From positions 1 to 28,885 of the forward strand of contig CAXGMD010000043.1 of assembly GCA_964010765.1 (NCBI GenBank): DNA of 28,885 nt, read 5' to 3'. A model generated the notes under the pieces. The model saw nothing but the letters and a program-made list of their open reading frames with translations. It was not told where the DNA came from and did not search any database. The translations under genes were made by a program, and so were the position numbers. How positions within the stretch are numbered: position 1 is the first letter of the stretch; each line of letters opens with the position of its first letter. This document shows positions 19,010 to 28,738 of this stretch, piece after piece. The stretch comes from an uncultured bacterium (GTDB lineage: Bacteria > SAR324 > NAC60-12).

Positions 19010-21436
19010 TCAGAATAGGCCGCTGATGCTGAAGTCGAAGCGGTCAGGACTTTCTCCACGTCGTTGATCGAGCTTAACACCATACTCGAAACGCAGTACT
19101 CCCAGTGGGGTGATTAGCCGTACCCCTCCTCCGGCACTGCGACGCAGATCGAAGAAATCCGGTTCTGCCTCCCCCAGCAGCGCATACTGCTCTGGTTCAG
19201 CGTTGATGTTGCCTGCATCCAAAAAGACCACGCCTCGAATGAAGCTCCGTTCATCGCGACTAAGTGGAAAGAGCAATTCCAGGTTGAAAAGTCGCTCGCT
19301 GATCCCACCGCTTTTCAGCTTCCCCAACTCATCAAAACTCAGCCCTGAGGTGCGCTTGTCGCTCAATCGTGTCTGCGTTAGACCAAACTCGTCGATGTAG
19401 CTGGTCAACTGCTGGTTGATGATTCTCTCTGTACCACCGTAAGGCCCTGCAATGGCGTAGTAGTTGTGGCCACGCACGCTGTTTAGGCCTCCCAAGCGGT
19501 AACGATCTTCTGGAGGAATTGGAGAACTACCCATCTGCTGTAGCCAACCGAGCCGTCCCTTGACCATGGCAATCAGGGTTTGTGCTTCATTGAGCGCCCA
19601 GAATTGCTGGTAGTTGGTGATGAATTCACGCAACTGGACGTTACCCCCGAAGGGTGTGCCAGTCTGTACAAGTGTCAGGCTAGTCTTGATTCCTTCTGTC
19701 GGAAAAATTGGATGATTGACCGTATTGTAGGTCAGCGTTGGTGCAATGGAGCGTTTGAAGACGTTGTATCCTTCATTGTCGTAGAGCCGATCCACTGCGT
19801 TCCAACTCACAGAGAGCCGCAGGTAACGCCAGTAGACGGGCATCCCTACACTGGTACCATAGGTGTTTTCACGCAGGCTGCCTCGCTCTAAACCTGTGCT
19901 GTCTGCGAGACGTCGATGTGAGAACTGAATTGAGTTGGAAAGTTGCGTACTAAAGATCCTGGGATCAATAAAAGTGACGCTGTACTCGTTGGTGACATCC
20001 TGTTCGCTGAATTGCGCACTCAATCGCAGTGTCTGTCCGTTACCAAATAGATTTCCTTTGGTGAGAGAGAGTCCACCACTGAATCCGGTCACATCGCTAT
20101 AGCCGATCTGGGCCTGAAAGGTTCCAGTTTGAGTTTCCTTGAGTCGTGCCATCAGGTCCAGAACGTTATCCTCTTCAGGACGTCTTCGTCGTTCAAGCTG
20201 CAAGCCTGGCTCGAAGAAGCCCAACTTCCCAAGGTTTTCCTGGCTCAGCCGGAGTCGCTTGCCATCAAAGAGTTGTGATTCGTTAACCTCAAATTCACGG
20301 CGGATCACGTGGTCACGTGTCTCGGTATTTCCTGCAACGGAGATACGGCCGATGTAAGCCTTCTCTCCTTGCAGGATGCGGTAATTCACGTCCACAGTCT
20401 TGTTGTCTTCATTGATCCTAGTCTGCGGAATCACTCGTACAAAGGCATAGCCACGCTCCTGGTACAGCTCATCCAGTACGGCTCGATCTCGGTTCTGTAA
20501 GAAGGGATTGTAGACCCCACCAGTTTTCAGTTCGAGTTGCTCCAGCAGTTCTGCCTCTGGTTCCAGTAAGTCACCGCTGACACTGACCGATCCTGTGAAG
20601 TACTGGTCTCCTTCAGTGACGTTCAGGGATAGTTCGACACGGCTGTATTCTGGGTTGTGGTAGAGCATCACATCGGGCTTGTCGATGAAGACTTTGATGT
20701 AGCCTTGCTGTAGGTACTTCTGAGTCAACAAGACCAGATCCTGATTAACCCGCTCCTCCTGAAAGATACCAGAGCTGTTGATCCAGTTGAAACAGTCTAC
20801 CTCTGCGCTGAGCATGAGACGTTTGAGATCAACTGCTGCGAACACTTTGGTTCCGCTGATGTCTACATCCGTCAGGAATACCTTTGGTTGTTCCTGGGCC
20901 ACATAGGTCAGTCGATATTCCTGCTCGGATTCCTTCTCCAAACGGGGTAGCACACGGGCAGTGGTGTAGCCATCTTCTCGATACTTGTCGAGAATCATTG
21001 TCTGATCCTGCTCGGCTTTGAAAGGATCGTAGATGTCGTTGGCCCTCAGCAGGAGCTTCTCACGGATTTCGTCCAGATCCAGTAGGTTGATCCCTTCCAG
21101 TCGAACTGAGAGCAGACGAGGACGCTCCTCGACAACATAACGCAGTCGGTAGCCATCACCGAGTGGTTCGACTTCGGCTCGTACGTCGCGGAAGAGTCCG
21201 GTCTCAAAGATCTGGCGGATATCTTGACGAATACGTTGGCGGTCGAGCGGAAAGTTGACCTGACTCTCGAGGGTGAAGAGCAGTTGGGCTTCTTCTAATT
21301 CTGAGGTTCCCTGGATCTCAATTTCCAGGATTCGGGCTTCCTGCCCGAGGAGTAGGCTGGGGAAACCCAGTAGCAAGAAAGCCAGCAACAGCCAAAGGCT
21401 GCGACAAAAACGGCCAGGAGCACAAACGGTGGGCAT
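19010..21436 (-). CDS. bamA: Outer membrane protein assembly factor BamA
   Basis: Signal peptide, five POTRA repeats (e.g. GNTETRDHVIRREF), beta-barrel with GGLNSVRGH and TPLGVLRFEYG, and C-terminal Phe. Start probably the ATG at 21436. Confidence 0.95.
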   Translation of the reverse strand: MPTVCAPGRFCRSLWLLLAFLLLGFPSLLLGQEARILEIEIQGTSELEEAQLLFTLESQVNFPLDRQRIRQDIRQIFETGLFRDVRAEVEPLGDGYRLRYVVEERPRLLSVRLEGINLLDLDEIREKLLLRANDIYDPFKAEQDQTMILDKYREDGYTTARVLPRLEKESEQEYRLTYVAQEQPKVFLTDVDISGTKVFAAVDLKRLMLSAEVDCFNWINSSGIFQEERVNQDLVLLTQKYLQQGYIKVFIDKPDVMLYHNPEYSRVELSLNVTEGDQYFTGSVSVSGDLLEPEAELLEQLELKTGGVYNPFLQNRDRAVLDELYQERGYAFVRVIPQTRINEDNKTVDVNYRILQGEKAYIGRISVAGNTETRDHVIRREFEVNESQLFDGKRLRLSQENLGKLGFFEPGLQLERRRRPEEDNVLDLMARLKETQTGTFQAQIGYSDVTGFSGGLSLTKGNLFGNGQTLRLSAQFSEQDVTNEYSVTFIDPRIFSTQLSNSIQFSHRRLADSTGLERGSLRENTYGTSVGMPVYWRYLRLSVSWNAVDRLYDNEGYNVFKRSIAPTLTYNTVNHPIFPTEGIKTSLTLVQTGTPFGGNVQLREFITNYQQFWALNEAQTLIAMVKGRLGWLQQMGSSPIPPEDRYRLGGLNSVRGHNYYAIAGPYGGTERIINQQLTSYIDEFGLTQTRLSDKRTSGLSFDELGKLKSGGISERLFNLELLFPLSRDERSFIRGVVFLDAGNINAEPEQYALLGEAEPDFFDLRRSAGGGVRLITPLGVLRFEYGVKLDQRRGESPDRFDFSISGLF

Positions 21437-21461
21437 TAGAATGTGAGTATTGACAAGCGGT

Positions 21462-22148
21462 TCAAGGACTGGAATCCAATTGCAAACGACCATCCTGCAG
21501 ACGATAGCACTGCTGCAGTGTAGTGGCCAGTTGCAGATTGTGGGTGATCATCAGCATGGTGGTTTGCCCATCGGCGCAGCAGCGCAATAAGGTATCCAAT
21601 ACCTGCGACTCATTTTCCTGATCCAGATTGCCAGTGGGCTCGTCAGCCAGCAGGAGACGCGGGCGGTTGGTGAGGGCCCGGGCGATGGCAACCCGTTGCT
21701 GTTCGCCGCCGGAGAGTTGAGAGGGCTTATGCAACAAGCGCTCCCCTAGTCCGACCTGTTCCAGCAGTTCACTCGCACGCTTGCGACTCTGACTGTGGCT
21801 CTGTCCCTGAACCAATGCTGGCATCATCACGTTCTCCAGCGCACTGAAATCCTGCAGGAGCTGATGAAACTGAAAAATGAAGCCCAACTGGGTGTTGCGG
21901 TAGCGAGCCTGGGCATCCTGGGAAAGCAGGCTCAGGTCCTGGTCGTCCAGCAAAACTCTCCCCTGGTCTGGTTGGTCAAGTAAGCCAATCAAGTGCAGCA
22001 AGGTACTCTTGCCTGTTCCAGAAGCACCAACGATGGCAGCTGTCTGGCCAGGTTGCTCCAATCGCAAATCTACTCCCCGTAAAATGTGCAGGGTACGGCC
22101 TTCACCATCAAGATAGCTCTTGTGCAAGTTTTCGAGTTGAAGATGCAT
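21462..22148 (-). CDS. lolD: Lipoprotein-releasing ABC transporter ATP-binding protein LolD
   Basis: [45 protein letters not shown] and ITHN. Directly upstream of bamA. Likely start MHLQ at 22148. Confidence 0.85.
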   Translation of the reverse strand: MHLQLENLHKSYLDGEGRTLHILRGVDLRLEQPGQTAAIVGASGTGKSTLLHLIGLLDQPDQGRVLLDDQDLSLLSQDAQARYRNTQLGFIFQFHQLLQDFSALENVMMPALVQGQSHSQSRKRASELLEQVGLGERLLHKPSQLSGGEQQRVAIARALTNRPRLLLADEPTGNLDQENESQVLDTLLRCCADGQTTMLMITHNLQLATTLQQCYRLQDGRLQLDSSP

Positions 22149-22158
22149 GGCTGGAAAC

Positions 22159-22590
22159 TTAGCGGAATTGAACCTCACTCACCCGAGTCCGGACTTCTCC
22201 AGACCAGTCAGGGGGAGCTTGGGGTTCGAGGTCAAAGCCAAATTCACGTGACTGCTTGGGTTCCAAGGTGCCAGGATTTTGAAAAGATAGGTGGTAGACG
22301 GGGAAGAAACGAGCACTCTTGATCACCTCGTCCTCCTTGCTGAGATAGTCAATGGTGATCTCCAGCATCTTGATCACCTGCTCGCTGTTGTTGAGCACAG
22401 TCCCAAAGACACCAGTGCTCACACGCCGTTCGTCTTGGCCAAAAGCCACACGCACGTCCAGCAATTCAATTTGCTTCTGGGCCTCAAGTCGTTTCTGGTT
22501 CTGATAGAACTGAAATCCAAACAGGACCGCAAGGGCCAAGCTGGCAATCAGCAGGACTCGAGTCCCGGAACTGCGCATCCAGTCCGGCAT
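22159..22590 (-). CDS. Membrane-anchored hypothetical protein with Ig-like (FxLYD/DUF3426-like) domain
   Basis: N-terminal TM helix followed by VFGTVLNNS...ITIDYLSKEDEVI...LEPKQSREF. Confidence 0.6.
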   Translation of the reverse strand: MPDWMRSSGTRVLLIASLALAVLFGFQFYQNQKRLEAQKQIELLDVRVAFGQDERRVSTGVFGTVLNNSEQVIKMLEITIDYLSKEDEVIKSARFFPVYHLSFQNPGTLEPKQSREFGFDLEPQAPPDWSGEVRTRVSEVQFR

Positions 22591-22685
22591 GGTCTACTCC
22601 TGCAAGCGGAAGGGACAAGGACAGGTTCGGGAAGGACAGGTTCCGGTATTCTGGGAAAAGCGTTTGCTATCGTGGGTCCACATCA

Positions 22686-22714
22686 GAAAAACGGGACATG
22701 GACCCCCGTTTTTC
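22686..22714 (-). terminator. Rho-independent terminator after rpmB
   Basis: Minus strand reads GAAAAACGGG-GGTCCATGT-CCCGTTTTTC, overlapping and following the rpmB TGA. Confidence 0.7.
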
Positions 22715-22952
22715 AACTGACGTCGCGGAGGGTAAGACCGTTGTCCTTGAGGAAGGCCGTCAAGCCTTTCTTGTCGATGGTACGGATCGCACGGGTCGAA
22801 ACTTTCAGCTTAACCTCACGACCGAGCTCCGGAACAAAGAAACGTCGGGTCTGCAGGTTGGGCAACTGGCGGTGCTTGGTCTTGTTGTTGGCATGCGAAA
22901 CGCGGTTGCCAGTCAGTGGTCGCTTGCCGGTGATGTCACAGCGACGAGCCAT
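22713..22952 (-). CDS. rpmB: 50S ribosomal protein L28
   Basis: [34 protein letters not shown]...[22 protein letters not shown]. Confidence 0.97.
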   Translation of the reverse strand: MARRCDITGKRPLTGNRVSHANNKTKHRQLPNLQTRRFFVPELGREVKLKVSTRAIRTIDKKGLTAFLKDNGLTLRDVS

Positions 22953-22991
22953 GGGGTTCTCCTAATCTGCACTGTCTCGCGACAGGGTCGG

Positions 22992-23153
22992 TTACTTGGT
23001 TTCCTTGAAAAGCACGTGCTTGCGGACAATCGGATCGTACTTGCGCAACTCTAAGCGTCCTGGGGTCGTGACCCGGTTCTTAGAGGTGTAGTACATGTAG
23101 CCGCTCTCCGGACTCTTCATCTTCACAAACACGCGGTTGGCGTTCTTGGCCAT
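22992..23153 (-). CDS. rpmG: 50S ribosomal protein L33 (not in ORF track)
   Basis: Hand translation: MAKNANRVFVKMKSPESGYMYYTSKNRVTTPGRLELRKYDPIVRKHVLFKETK* (53 aa). SD GGAG. Confidence 0.96.
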   Translation of the reverse strand: MAKNANRVFVKMKSPESGYMYYTSKNRVTTPGRLELRKYDPIVRKHVLFKETK

Positions 23154-23183
23154 GGTGTTCTCCAGGAAAAATGAAAATCAAAA

Positions 23184-23212
23184 ATGATCGGCATTTACCA
23201 AAAAAATGTCAA
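23184..23212 (-). promoter_or_regulatory. Putative sigma-70 promoter of rpmG-rpmB
   Basis: TTGACA (23212-23207), a 17-bp spacer, then GATCAT (23189-23184). Confidence 0.55.
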
Positions 23213-23228
23213 GAATTTCCTTTAGGTC

Positions 23229-24287
23229 TCAGCAGTTGGTCAGATACTGCAAATTTCCCAGGTGTTCGTAGGCTTCTCGCAAGATGCGCTCTGTGTTTTC
23301 CCAATCCAGGCACTTGTCCGTGATGGAAACACCGTACTGCATCTCGTCACTGATCGGCTGGTTGCCTAGATGTAGATGACTCTCGATCATGGTGCCAACG
23401 ATGGACTGGTTGCCGTCAACGATCTGGCGCACGATGTCACGCAGCACGATTTCCTGTTTTTCCGGACGCTTGTTGGAGTTTCCATGGCTGCAGTCCACCA
23501 TGATGATCGGTTTGACCCCTTCTTTGCGCAGCTGCTCTTCCGTATCCTGAATGGACAAGGCATCAAAGTTGGGTCCGTGCTTACCACCGCGCAGGACAAT
23601 GTGGCAGTGTTGGTTGCCGTTTGTATTAACAACAGAGGCACGCCCCTCGTGATTGATGCCCAGGAAATGATGGGGATGTGCTGCAGACTGGATGGCGTGC
23701 ACCGCAATATCCAAACTGCCATCCGTACCATTCTTGAAGCCAACGGGCATGGAAAGCCCACTGGTCATTTCCCGGTGAGTTTGTGATTCGGTGGTACGGG
23801 CTCCGATCGCACTCCAGGCGAGCAGGTCAGCAATGTACTGGGGTGTGATCGGATCCAGTGTTTCTGTGGCTGCCGGTAGTCCCAGTTCGTTGATATCAAG
23901 CAGGATCTTCCGAGCCAGACGCAGGCCCTTTTCCACTTGGTGGGTACCGTTCAGGTCTGGATCGTTGATCAATCCCTTCCATCCAACAGTGGTGCGGGGT
24001 TTTTCAAAGTACACTCGCATGATCAGGTAGATCCGATCCTTGAGCTCTTCGTGCAGGGCCTTGAGCCGCTGGGCGTATTCCATTGCGGCTTCCGTATCAT
24101 GAATGGAGCAGGGCCCAACCACGGCAAAGAGTCGATGATCTTCCCGATCCAGGACATTGCGCACAGTTTGCCGCGCCTGAACCACGGTCTGGCAAGCTTT
24201 TTCACTGAGGGGAAGTTCCTCCTTGATCTCATCAGGAGGCGTCAACGGGGTAATTTGCTTAACATTTATGTTATTGGTGGATTGCAT
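23229..24287 (-). CDS. 3-deoxy-7-phosphoheptulonate (DAHP) synthase, class I alpha (AroF/G/H type)
   Basis: VVGPCSIHD, MRVYFEKPRTTVGWKG, AIGARTTESQTHRE, DCSHGNS and YGVSITDKC. The ATG at 24287 has a GGAGA SD, so it is preferred to 24344. Confidence 0.96.
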   Translation of the reverse strand: MQSTNNINVKQITPLTPPDEIKEELPLSEKACQTVVQARQTVRNVLDREDHRLFAVVGPCSIHDTEAAMEYAQRLKALHEELKDRIYLIMRVYFEKPRTTVGWKGLINDPDLNGTHQVEKGLRLARKILLDINELGLPAATETLDPITPQYIADLLAWSAIGARTTESQTHREMTSGLSMPVGFKNGTDGSLDIAVHAIQSAAHPHHFLGINHEGRASVVNTNGNQHCHIVLRGGKHGPNFDALSIQDTEEQLRKEGVKPIIMVDCSHGNSNKRPEKQEIVLRDIVRQIVDGNQSIVGTMIESHLHLGNQPISDEMQYGVSITDKCLDWENTERILREAYEHLGNLQYLTNC

Positions 24288-24350
24288 GGGTTCTCCAGAA
24301 GAAACAAGAGCAGTCAATGTAGGGTCAACAGGCCAAAAAGACATGATTTC

Positions 24351-25754
24351 TTACTCGACAAAGCCGGTTTTTGTCATCTTGACGGGGTCGAGGGCCTGAT
24401 CCAATTCAGCCTCGGTCAATTGGTCGCCTGCCAGTTCCAGGGCAACTTCCTTGAGGGATCGATTTTCAGCAAAAGCAGTCTTGGCGATCTTGGCGGCTAG
24501 GTCGTAGCCGATCAGAGGATTGAGTACAGTAACCAGGATTGGGTTTTTGCCAACCGAGGCAGCGATGTGGTCTTCCCGAACAACAATTCGAGAAACAGAA
24601 CGATCCGCCAGGTTCCGTGAAGCATTTGCCAGCAAGCGGATTGATTCCAGTAGGCTGTGGGCAACCATCGGTAGCATTACGTTCAATTCAAAGTTGCCAG
24701 AGAGTCCGCCAATACTGACCGAGGCATCATAACCAATGACCTGGGCACAAACCATCGCGGTAGATTCTTCGATGACTGGATTGACCTTGCCCGGCATGAT
24801 GGAAGAGCCTGGCTGAAGAGCAGCCAGTTGAATCTCGCCGATACCTCCGTTGGGGCCAGAATTCATCCAGCGTAGATCATTACAAATCTTCATCAAGCTG
24901 ACGGCGATGGTCTTCAACTGTCCGCTCAGCTCCACGGGAGCGTCCACGGTGGCCTGAGCTTCAAAGTGGTTCTGTGCTTCGCAGAAGGTAACTCCGGTCA
25001 ACTCTGAGACCGCAGCAGCAAATTTTGGTGGGAACGCTGGATCGGTGTTGATCCCTGTACCGACAGCAGTTCCTCCCTGGGGCAGTTCACACAGGCGTTC
25101 CAAGGCCGCTTCCACTCGGGCGATACCGAGTTCGATCTGGCGAGCGTAGCCACCGAACTCCTGGGCAAAGGTCAGGGGCATGGCGTCCATCAGGTGGGTT
25201 CGGCCAGTCTTGACCACATGGGCGTATTCGTTTCCTTTGGCTAGAAAGGTGTCGTGTAGGTGTTGAAGTGCAGGGATCAACTGCTGACGCGCCTGTAGTG
25301 TGGCTGCGATACGGATCGCCGTGGGGAACACATCATTGGAACTTTGCCCAAAGTTGACATCGTTATTTGGATGAATCGCACGGGGCAACTTGCCAGTAGC
25401 CTGCTCCATCGCCCGGTTGGTGATCACCTCGTTAGCGTTCATGTTACTCGAGGTCCCCGAACCAGTCTGGTAGATATCAATCGGGAAGTGGGCATCCAGG
25501 TTGCCGGCAATCACCTCGCTAGCCGTGTTTTGAATAGCTTCGGCGATTTCTGCGGGTAGATGTCCCAATTCGCCATTGACCTTGGCTGCAGCCTGCTTGA
25601 TGTAACCCAGTGCGGCAATCAGTGAGCGGCTGAGACGCAGTCCGCTGACAGGAAAATTATCAACAGCACGTTGAGTTTGGGCGGCGTAGTAGGCGTCTTG
25701 AGGGACTTGCACTTCCCCCATCGAATCCTTTTCGATCCGGAAAGACTGAGACAT
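24351..25754 (-). CDS. fumC: Class II fumarate hydratase
   Basis: RIEKDSMGEV, QTGSGTSSNMNANEV, QSSNDVFPT, KTGRTHLMDA and the signature GSSIMPGKVNP. Confidence 0.95.
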   Translation of the reverse strand: MSQSFRIEKDSMGEVQVPQDAYYAAQTQRAVDNFPVSGLRLSRSLIAALGYIKQAAAKVNGELGHLPAEIAEAIQNTASEVIAGNLDAHFPIDIYQTGSGTSSNMNANEVITNRAMEQATGKLPRAIHPNNDVNFGQSSNDVFPTAIRIAATLQARQQLIPALQHLHDTFLAKGNEYAHVVKTGRTHLMDAMPLTFAQEFGGYARQIELGIARVEAALERLCELPQGGTAVGTGINTDPAFPPKFAAAVSELTGVTFCEAQNHFEAQATVDAPVELSGQLKTIAVSLMKICNDLRWMNSGPNGGIGEIQLAALQPGSSIMPGKVNPVIEESTAMVCAQVIGYDASVSIGGLSGNFELNVMLPMVAHSLLESIRLLANASRNLADRSVSRIVVREDHIAASVGKNPILVTVLNPLIGYDLAAKIAKTAFAENRSLKEVALELAGDQLTEAELDQALDPVKMTKTGFVE

Positions 25755-25975
25755 ATGACTCCGACTGACTAGGGCATTGGGACGGATGATTGAAATAAAA
25801 GCAGCAAAGTTAGCACGAGTTGTGGGCAGGGAACAAGCAGGAACAAAAAGGAGGGTGTGGTTTCCTGTACGAGTTAGCGACGAGGGAGAGTTTTCGGGAG
25901 CAATACAGCCGAGTTGCTAGGCCTAGAAAGTAGCACTGGGAAGCCCAGCAATGGATCCAATGCCAAGTAGCACCG

Positions 25976-27526
25976 CTATCCTGGAACCGCGGTAGAATCG
26001 GAATCAGGCGTGGTTTCAGAAACTTCTGCTGGCTGGGCTGCTTGGGCCAACTCCTGAGCGAGTTGCCCGCCAAGGAAGATGTATTCGAGCTTGTCCAGCA
26101 GATGATCGTCCATCACGTCTTCGATCGTCTTCTTTCCTGTAGTGATCCCATGCTCCGTAGCGTAAGTGGTCAGCTGTTCCTGCAGCTGGGTGACAGTGCG
26201 CTGCAGGGTCTGTAGCTGCAGACTCTCCTTGCGTAGCTGACGGACGATCTCTCCAAGATTGAGCATCTGGTTAAGAACCCCTTCTTTCTTCTGCCCGGAG
26301 CTGCCAAAGATACTACCGATGTCGTCAACCTGAGACTTCATCCACTGCTGGAAGCCTTGGCGCTCAATGATCACTTCGAAGAGGTCATGATCCTTGAAGG
26401 TGAGCTCACTGTCCGCATTGATTGGACGTTCCAACTCACGAATCTTCAGAGTCTTGCGCTTGAGGTCCTCGACCAGTCGACTTCTCACGGTACGCAGGCG
26501 TTGGTACTTCTTTTCTGCGTTGCTGCTGATTGAATCCGGATCCTGTTCCTCGATCTCCTTGAGTTGCTCAACCGTGGTACGCAGGCGATTCTTCAGATCT
26601 TCACGCTCTTTCTGAAGTTTGGCGATGTTGTCGTCCAGCGAATCCTGGCGCTTCATCATCGCCTCTTCCTTCTTGCTCAGGATCGCTTTTTTGCGCACAC
26701 CGAGCCGCACCATGAATTTCTGTTGATTGACATCCCACTGATTGAGCAGAATCAGATCGTACTGATGGAATTGCTCGCTGTCGTGCAGAAACTCACTGAT
26801 GCTCAAATTTCCACGCTTCGGGTGTTCCTTGATGTAGGCTCGATGTTGCTGGGTCAGTTCCCGCAAGGTGAGGGCGGTCAGCAGCTTGCGCTTGTGCCCT
26901 CGGCCCGTCAGGCCGTTCAGTGTGCGGTCACCCAGGTCATCCACGATGAGGATGTGCATCAGGCCCTTCATCAGCCCTTCCAGGGTCGTGATTCCGGTCA
27001 CTTCCGCCACGGTATCATTGAAGATCCGGTCCAACCCAGCCCAGTAGGCACCTTCCAGCTGCATCCGTTCTAACATCCCCTGCAGCTCCTTGACGATCTC
27101 CTGCTCCTCCTTCAGGTAGAATTCCTTCTCTTCCAGCACCAGCTTCTGATGAACGACACGCAGGAACTCCTTGGACTTTTCGCGTTGGCCGATGTCTTGT
27201 TGGAGTTGCTGGTAGCGTTCTCGTCGTGGATCACCAGATTTTTCGTTAGTGAATCTCACGCGATGCCAGAGGCTTGGACCGCGCACAAGGTAGAGTTCCA
27301 GGATCTTGCTCAGCGTGTTGATCTTACGCAGTCCACCAGACAATTGGTGGGGCAGGGCGACCTTGATCGTGCCATCATTGGGAGCACTTTTGCGAGGCGG
27401 ATAGAGATCAAACTGAGGCTCCAGCTTGAAACGACCGAGGCGTCGCTTCACGGAGTCCTGCAGGCGCTTCTGGAGATCTGCCGGCAGTAGAATTTTCAGT
27501 GGTTTGATCGGGGCAGGCTGGCTCAT
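25976..27526 (-). CDS. Hypothetical coiled-coil protein
   Basis: 516-aa ORF rich in K/E/Q/L with heptad-like runs. SD GAGAGGA. No recognised family. Confidence 0.8.
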   Translation of the reverse strand: MSQPAPIKPLKILLPADLQKRLQDSVKRRLGRFKLEPQFDLYPPRKSAPNDGTIKVALPHQLSGGLRKINTLSKILELYLVRGPSLWHRVRFTNEKSGDPRRERYQQLQQDIGQREKSKEFLRVVHQKLVLEEKEFYLKEEQEIVKELQGMLERMQLEGAYWAGLDRIFNDTVAEVTGITTLEGLMKGLMHILIVDDLGDRTLNGLTGRGHKRKLLTALTLRELTQQHRAYIKEHPKRGNLSISEFLHDSEQFHQYDLILLNQWDVNQQKFMVRLGVRKKAILSKKEEAMMKRQDSLDDNIAKLQKEREDLKNRLRTTVEQLKEIEEQDPDSISSNAEKKYQRLRTVRSRLVEDLKRKTLKIRELERPINADSELTFKDHDLFEVIIERQGFQQWMKSQVDDIGSIFGSSGQKKEGVLNQMLNLGEIVRQLRKESLQLQTLQRTVTQLQEQLTTYATEHGITTGKKTIEDVMDDHLLDKLEYIFLGGQLAQELAQAAQPAEVSETTPDSDSTAVPG

Positions 27527-27751
27527 GTCCTCTCTTTACGGAGTGCGGAGAAGTTGTCTCGACAGGAGCAAACGTTTTGGCGGTTGCTGCTCATGATGCA
27601 CACTGACTCAATAATTTTGACACTCTAACACAATTCGGTAGGACAATGGCAAGGGTTCTGGAAGCTGGGAAGGATTTTGCGTTTTGTCGTTGGCTCCGGT
27701 ATTCCCTTGATCTTGCGTTCTCTTCTCCCTCTTTCCTTTGAAAAGCCTTTC

Positions 27752-28594
27752 ATGAACGAAGCTCCATTGCGACGCCCCGACTACCTTCGTCCAGTCGCGG
27801 AACGCACGGTCAATGCTTTGGAAGATAAACACTTGGATGTGCTGCAACAAGCCTACCAACAGGCTTTGCAGCGTTACCAGCGTCGCCGCTTCTGGATCTT
27901 CTGGCCCTGTCTGCTGACTAGCTGGCTATTGCTGCCCGGTGTCTTCTGGTTCTGGTACCGCCGACGTCTCAAGGAGTGGAAATTGTGCCGAGAGTTGGCT
28001 AACGAACTAAGCTCACTGCGCCGACAGCGAGATCGACGGACCTTCTGGAAGCGACTACGTCCCCGCCGTAATCGAGTCGAAACCGGAGACACCGCAGAGC
28101 TACGCCGCTTCTACAAGACCCTCGTGCAGTCAGTGCGTCAGTACAACGTACGGCTCGGACTGTTTGACTACGCCTTGGATCGCCAGAACAAGCGCCTGGA
28201 TCCTCCCTTCACAGTTGGAGAACTGGAGAAGATCGAGAAGACCTTTCGACGGGTTCAAGATGAACTGCACAGTGCCATCCGGCTCCTGCAGCTTGCTGAA
28301 AAAAATCCGGAACTGGACCTGGTTCAATTGCTACGCAACGAGTACCAGGAAGACATGCAACGCTCTTCGGAATATGTCAACCAAACCGTCGATCTTGGTG
28401 CTTCCGGACAGTTCATTCATGAATTGCTGGTGCTGGAAACCAACTTGCGACAGGACATTGCTGGTCTAGCAGGGAGTGGTCACTGGCAGGAAGAAGAAAC
28501 CGAAGAAGAGGAAGAAGCGACACGGGAGGAGAAAAATGAATCGGAAAAAGCGTCCCGTTCCCGACGCAGCCAACCGGAAGCTCCAGATGGCTGA
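27752..28594 (+). CDS. Hypothetical membrane protein with acidic C-terminal tail
   Basis: Likely ATG at 27752. One hydrophobic Trp-rich segment flanked by Arg clusters, a helical body, and the tail EEETEEEEE. Confidence 0.7.
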   Translation: MNEAPLRRPDYLRPVAERTVNALEDKHLDVLQQAYQQALQRYQRRRFWIFWPCLLTSWLLLPGVFWFWYRRRLKEWKLCRELANELSSLRRQRDRRTFWKRLRPRRNRVETGDTAELRRFYKTLVQSVRQYNVRLGLFDYALDRQNKRLDPPFTVGELEKIEKTFRRVQDELHSAIRLLQLAEKNPELDLVQLLRNEYQEDMQRSSEYVNQTVDLGASGQFIHELLVLETNLRQDIAGLAGSGHWQEEETEEEEEATREEKNESEKASRSRRSQPEAPDG

Positions 28595-28609
28595 CTACCG
28601 CAAAAAGGC

Positions 28610-28738
28610 TCAGTAACAGTTGAGGCGGTTGAGCAGTAACGCCTGCTTGTAGGACTTCAGCGAGCAGATTCTCCAATTGGAGGGCGAACAGGCGCTGAGG
28701 GTAAAGAGCAGTAGGAGCAGAATAACCCAGGTGCGCAT
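28610..28738 (-). CDS. Small lipoprotein, 42 aa (not in ORF track)
   Basis: Hand translation: MRTWVILLLLLFTLSA|CSPSNWRICSLKSYKQALLLNRLNCY*. It has a positive n-region, a Leu-rich h-region and the lipobox LSAC. Confidence 0.65.
   Translation of the reverse strand: MRTWVILLLLLFTLSACSPSNWRICSLKSYKQALLLNRLNCY

Noticed and set aside
22618..22646. Direct repeat AAGGACAGGTTC, two copies
   Set aside because: Only two short copies; not a CRISPR array or a recognisable element.
22291..23054. Plus-strand ORFs of 224 aa and 118 aa
   Set aside because: Antisense shadows of rpmB, rpmG and the membrane protein gene.
27617..27647. TTGACA promoter candidate
   Set aside because: No convincing -10 element at 16-18 bp spacing.
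28413..28676. 87-aa minus-strand ORF
   Set aside because: It overlaps the plus-strand gene and has no features. The lipobox ORF in another frame explains the region better.
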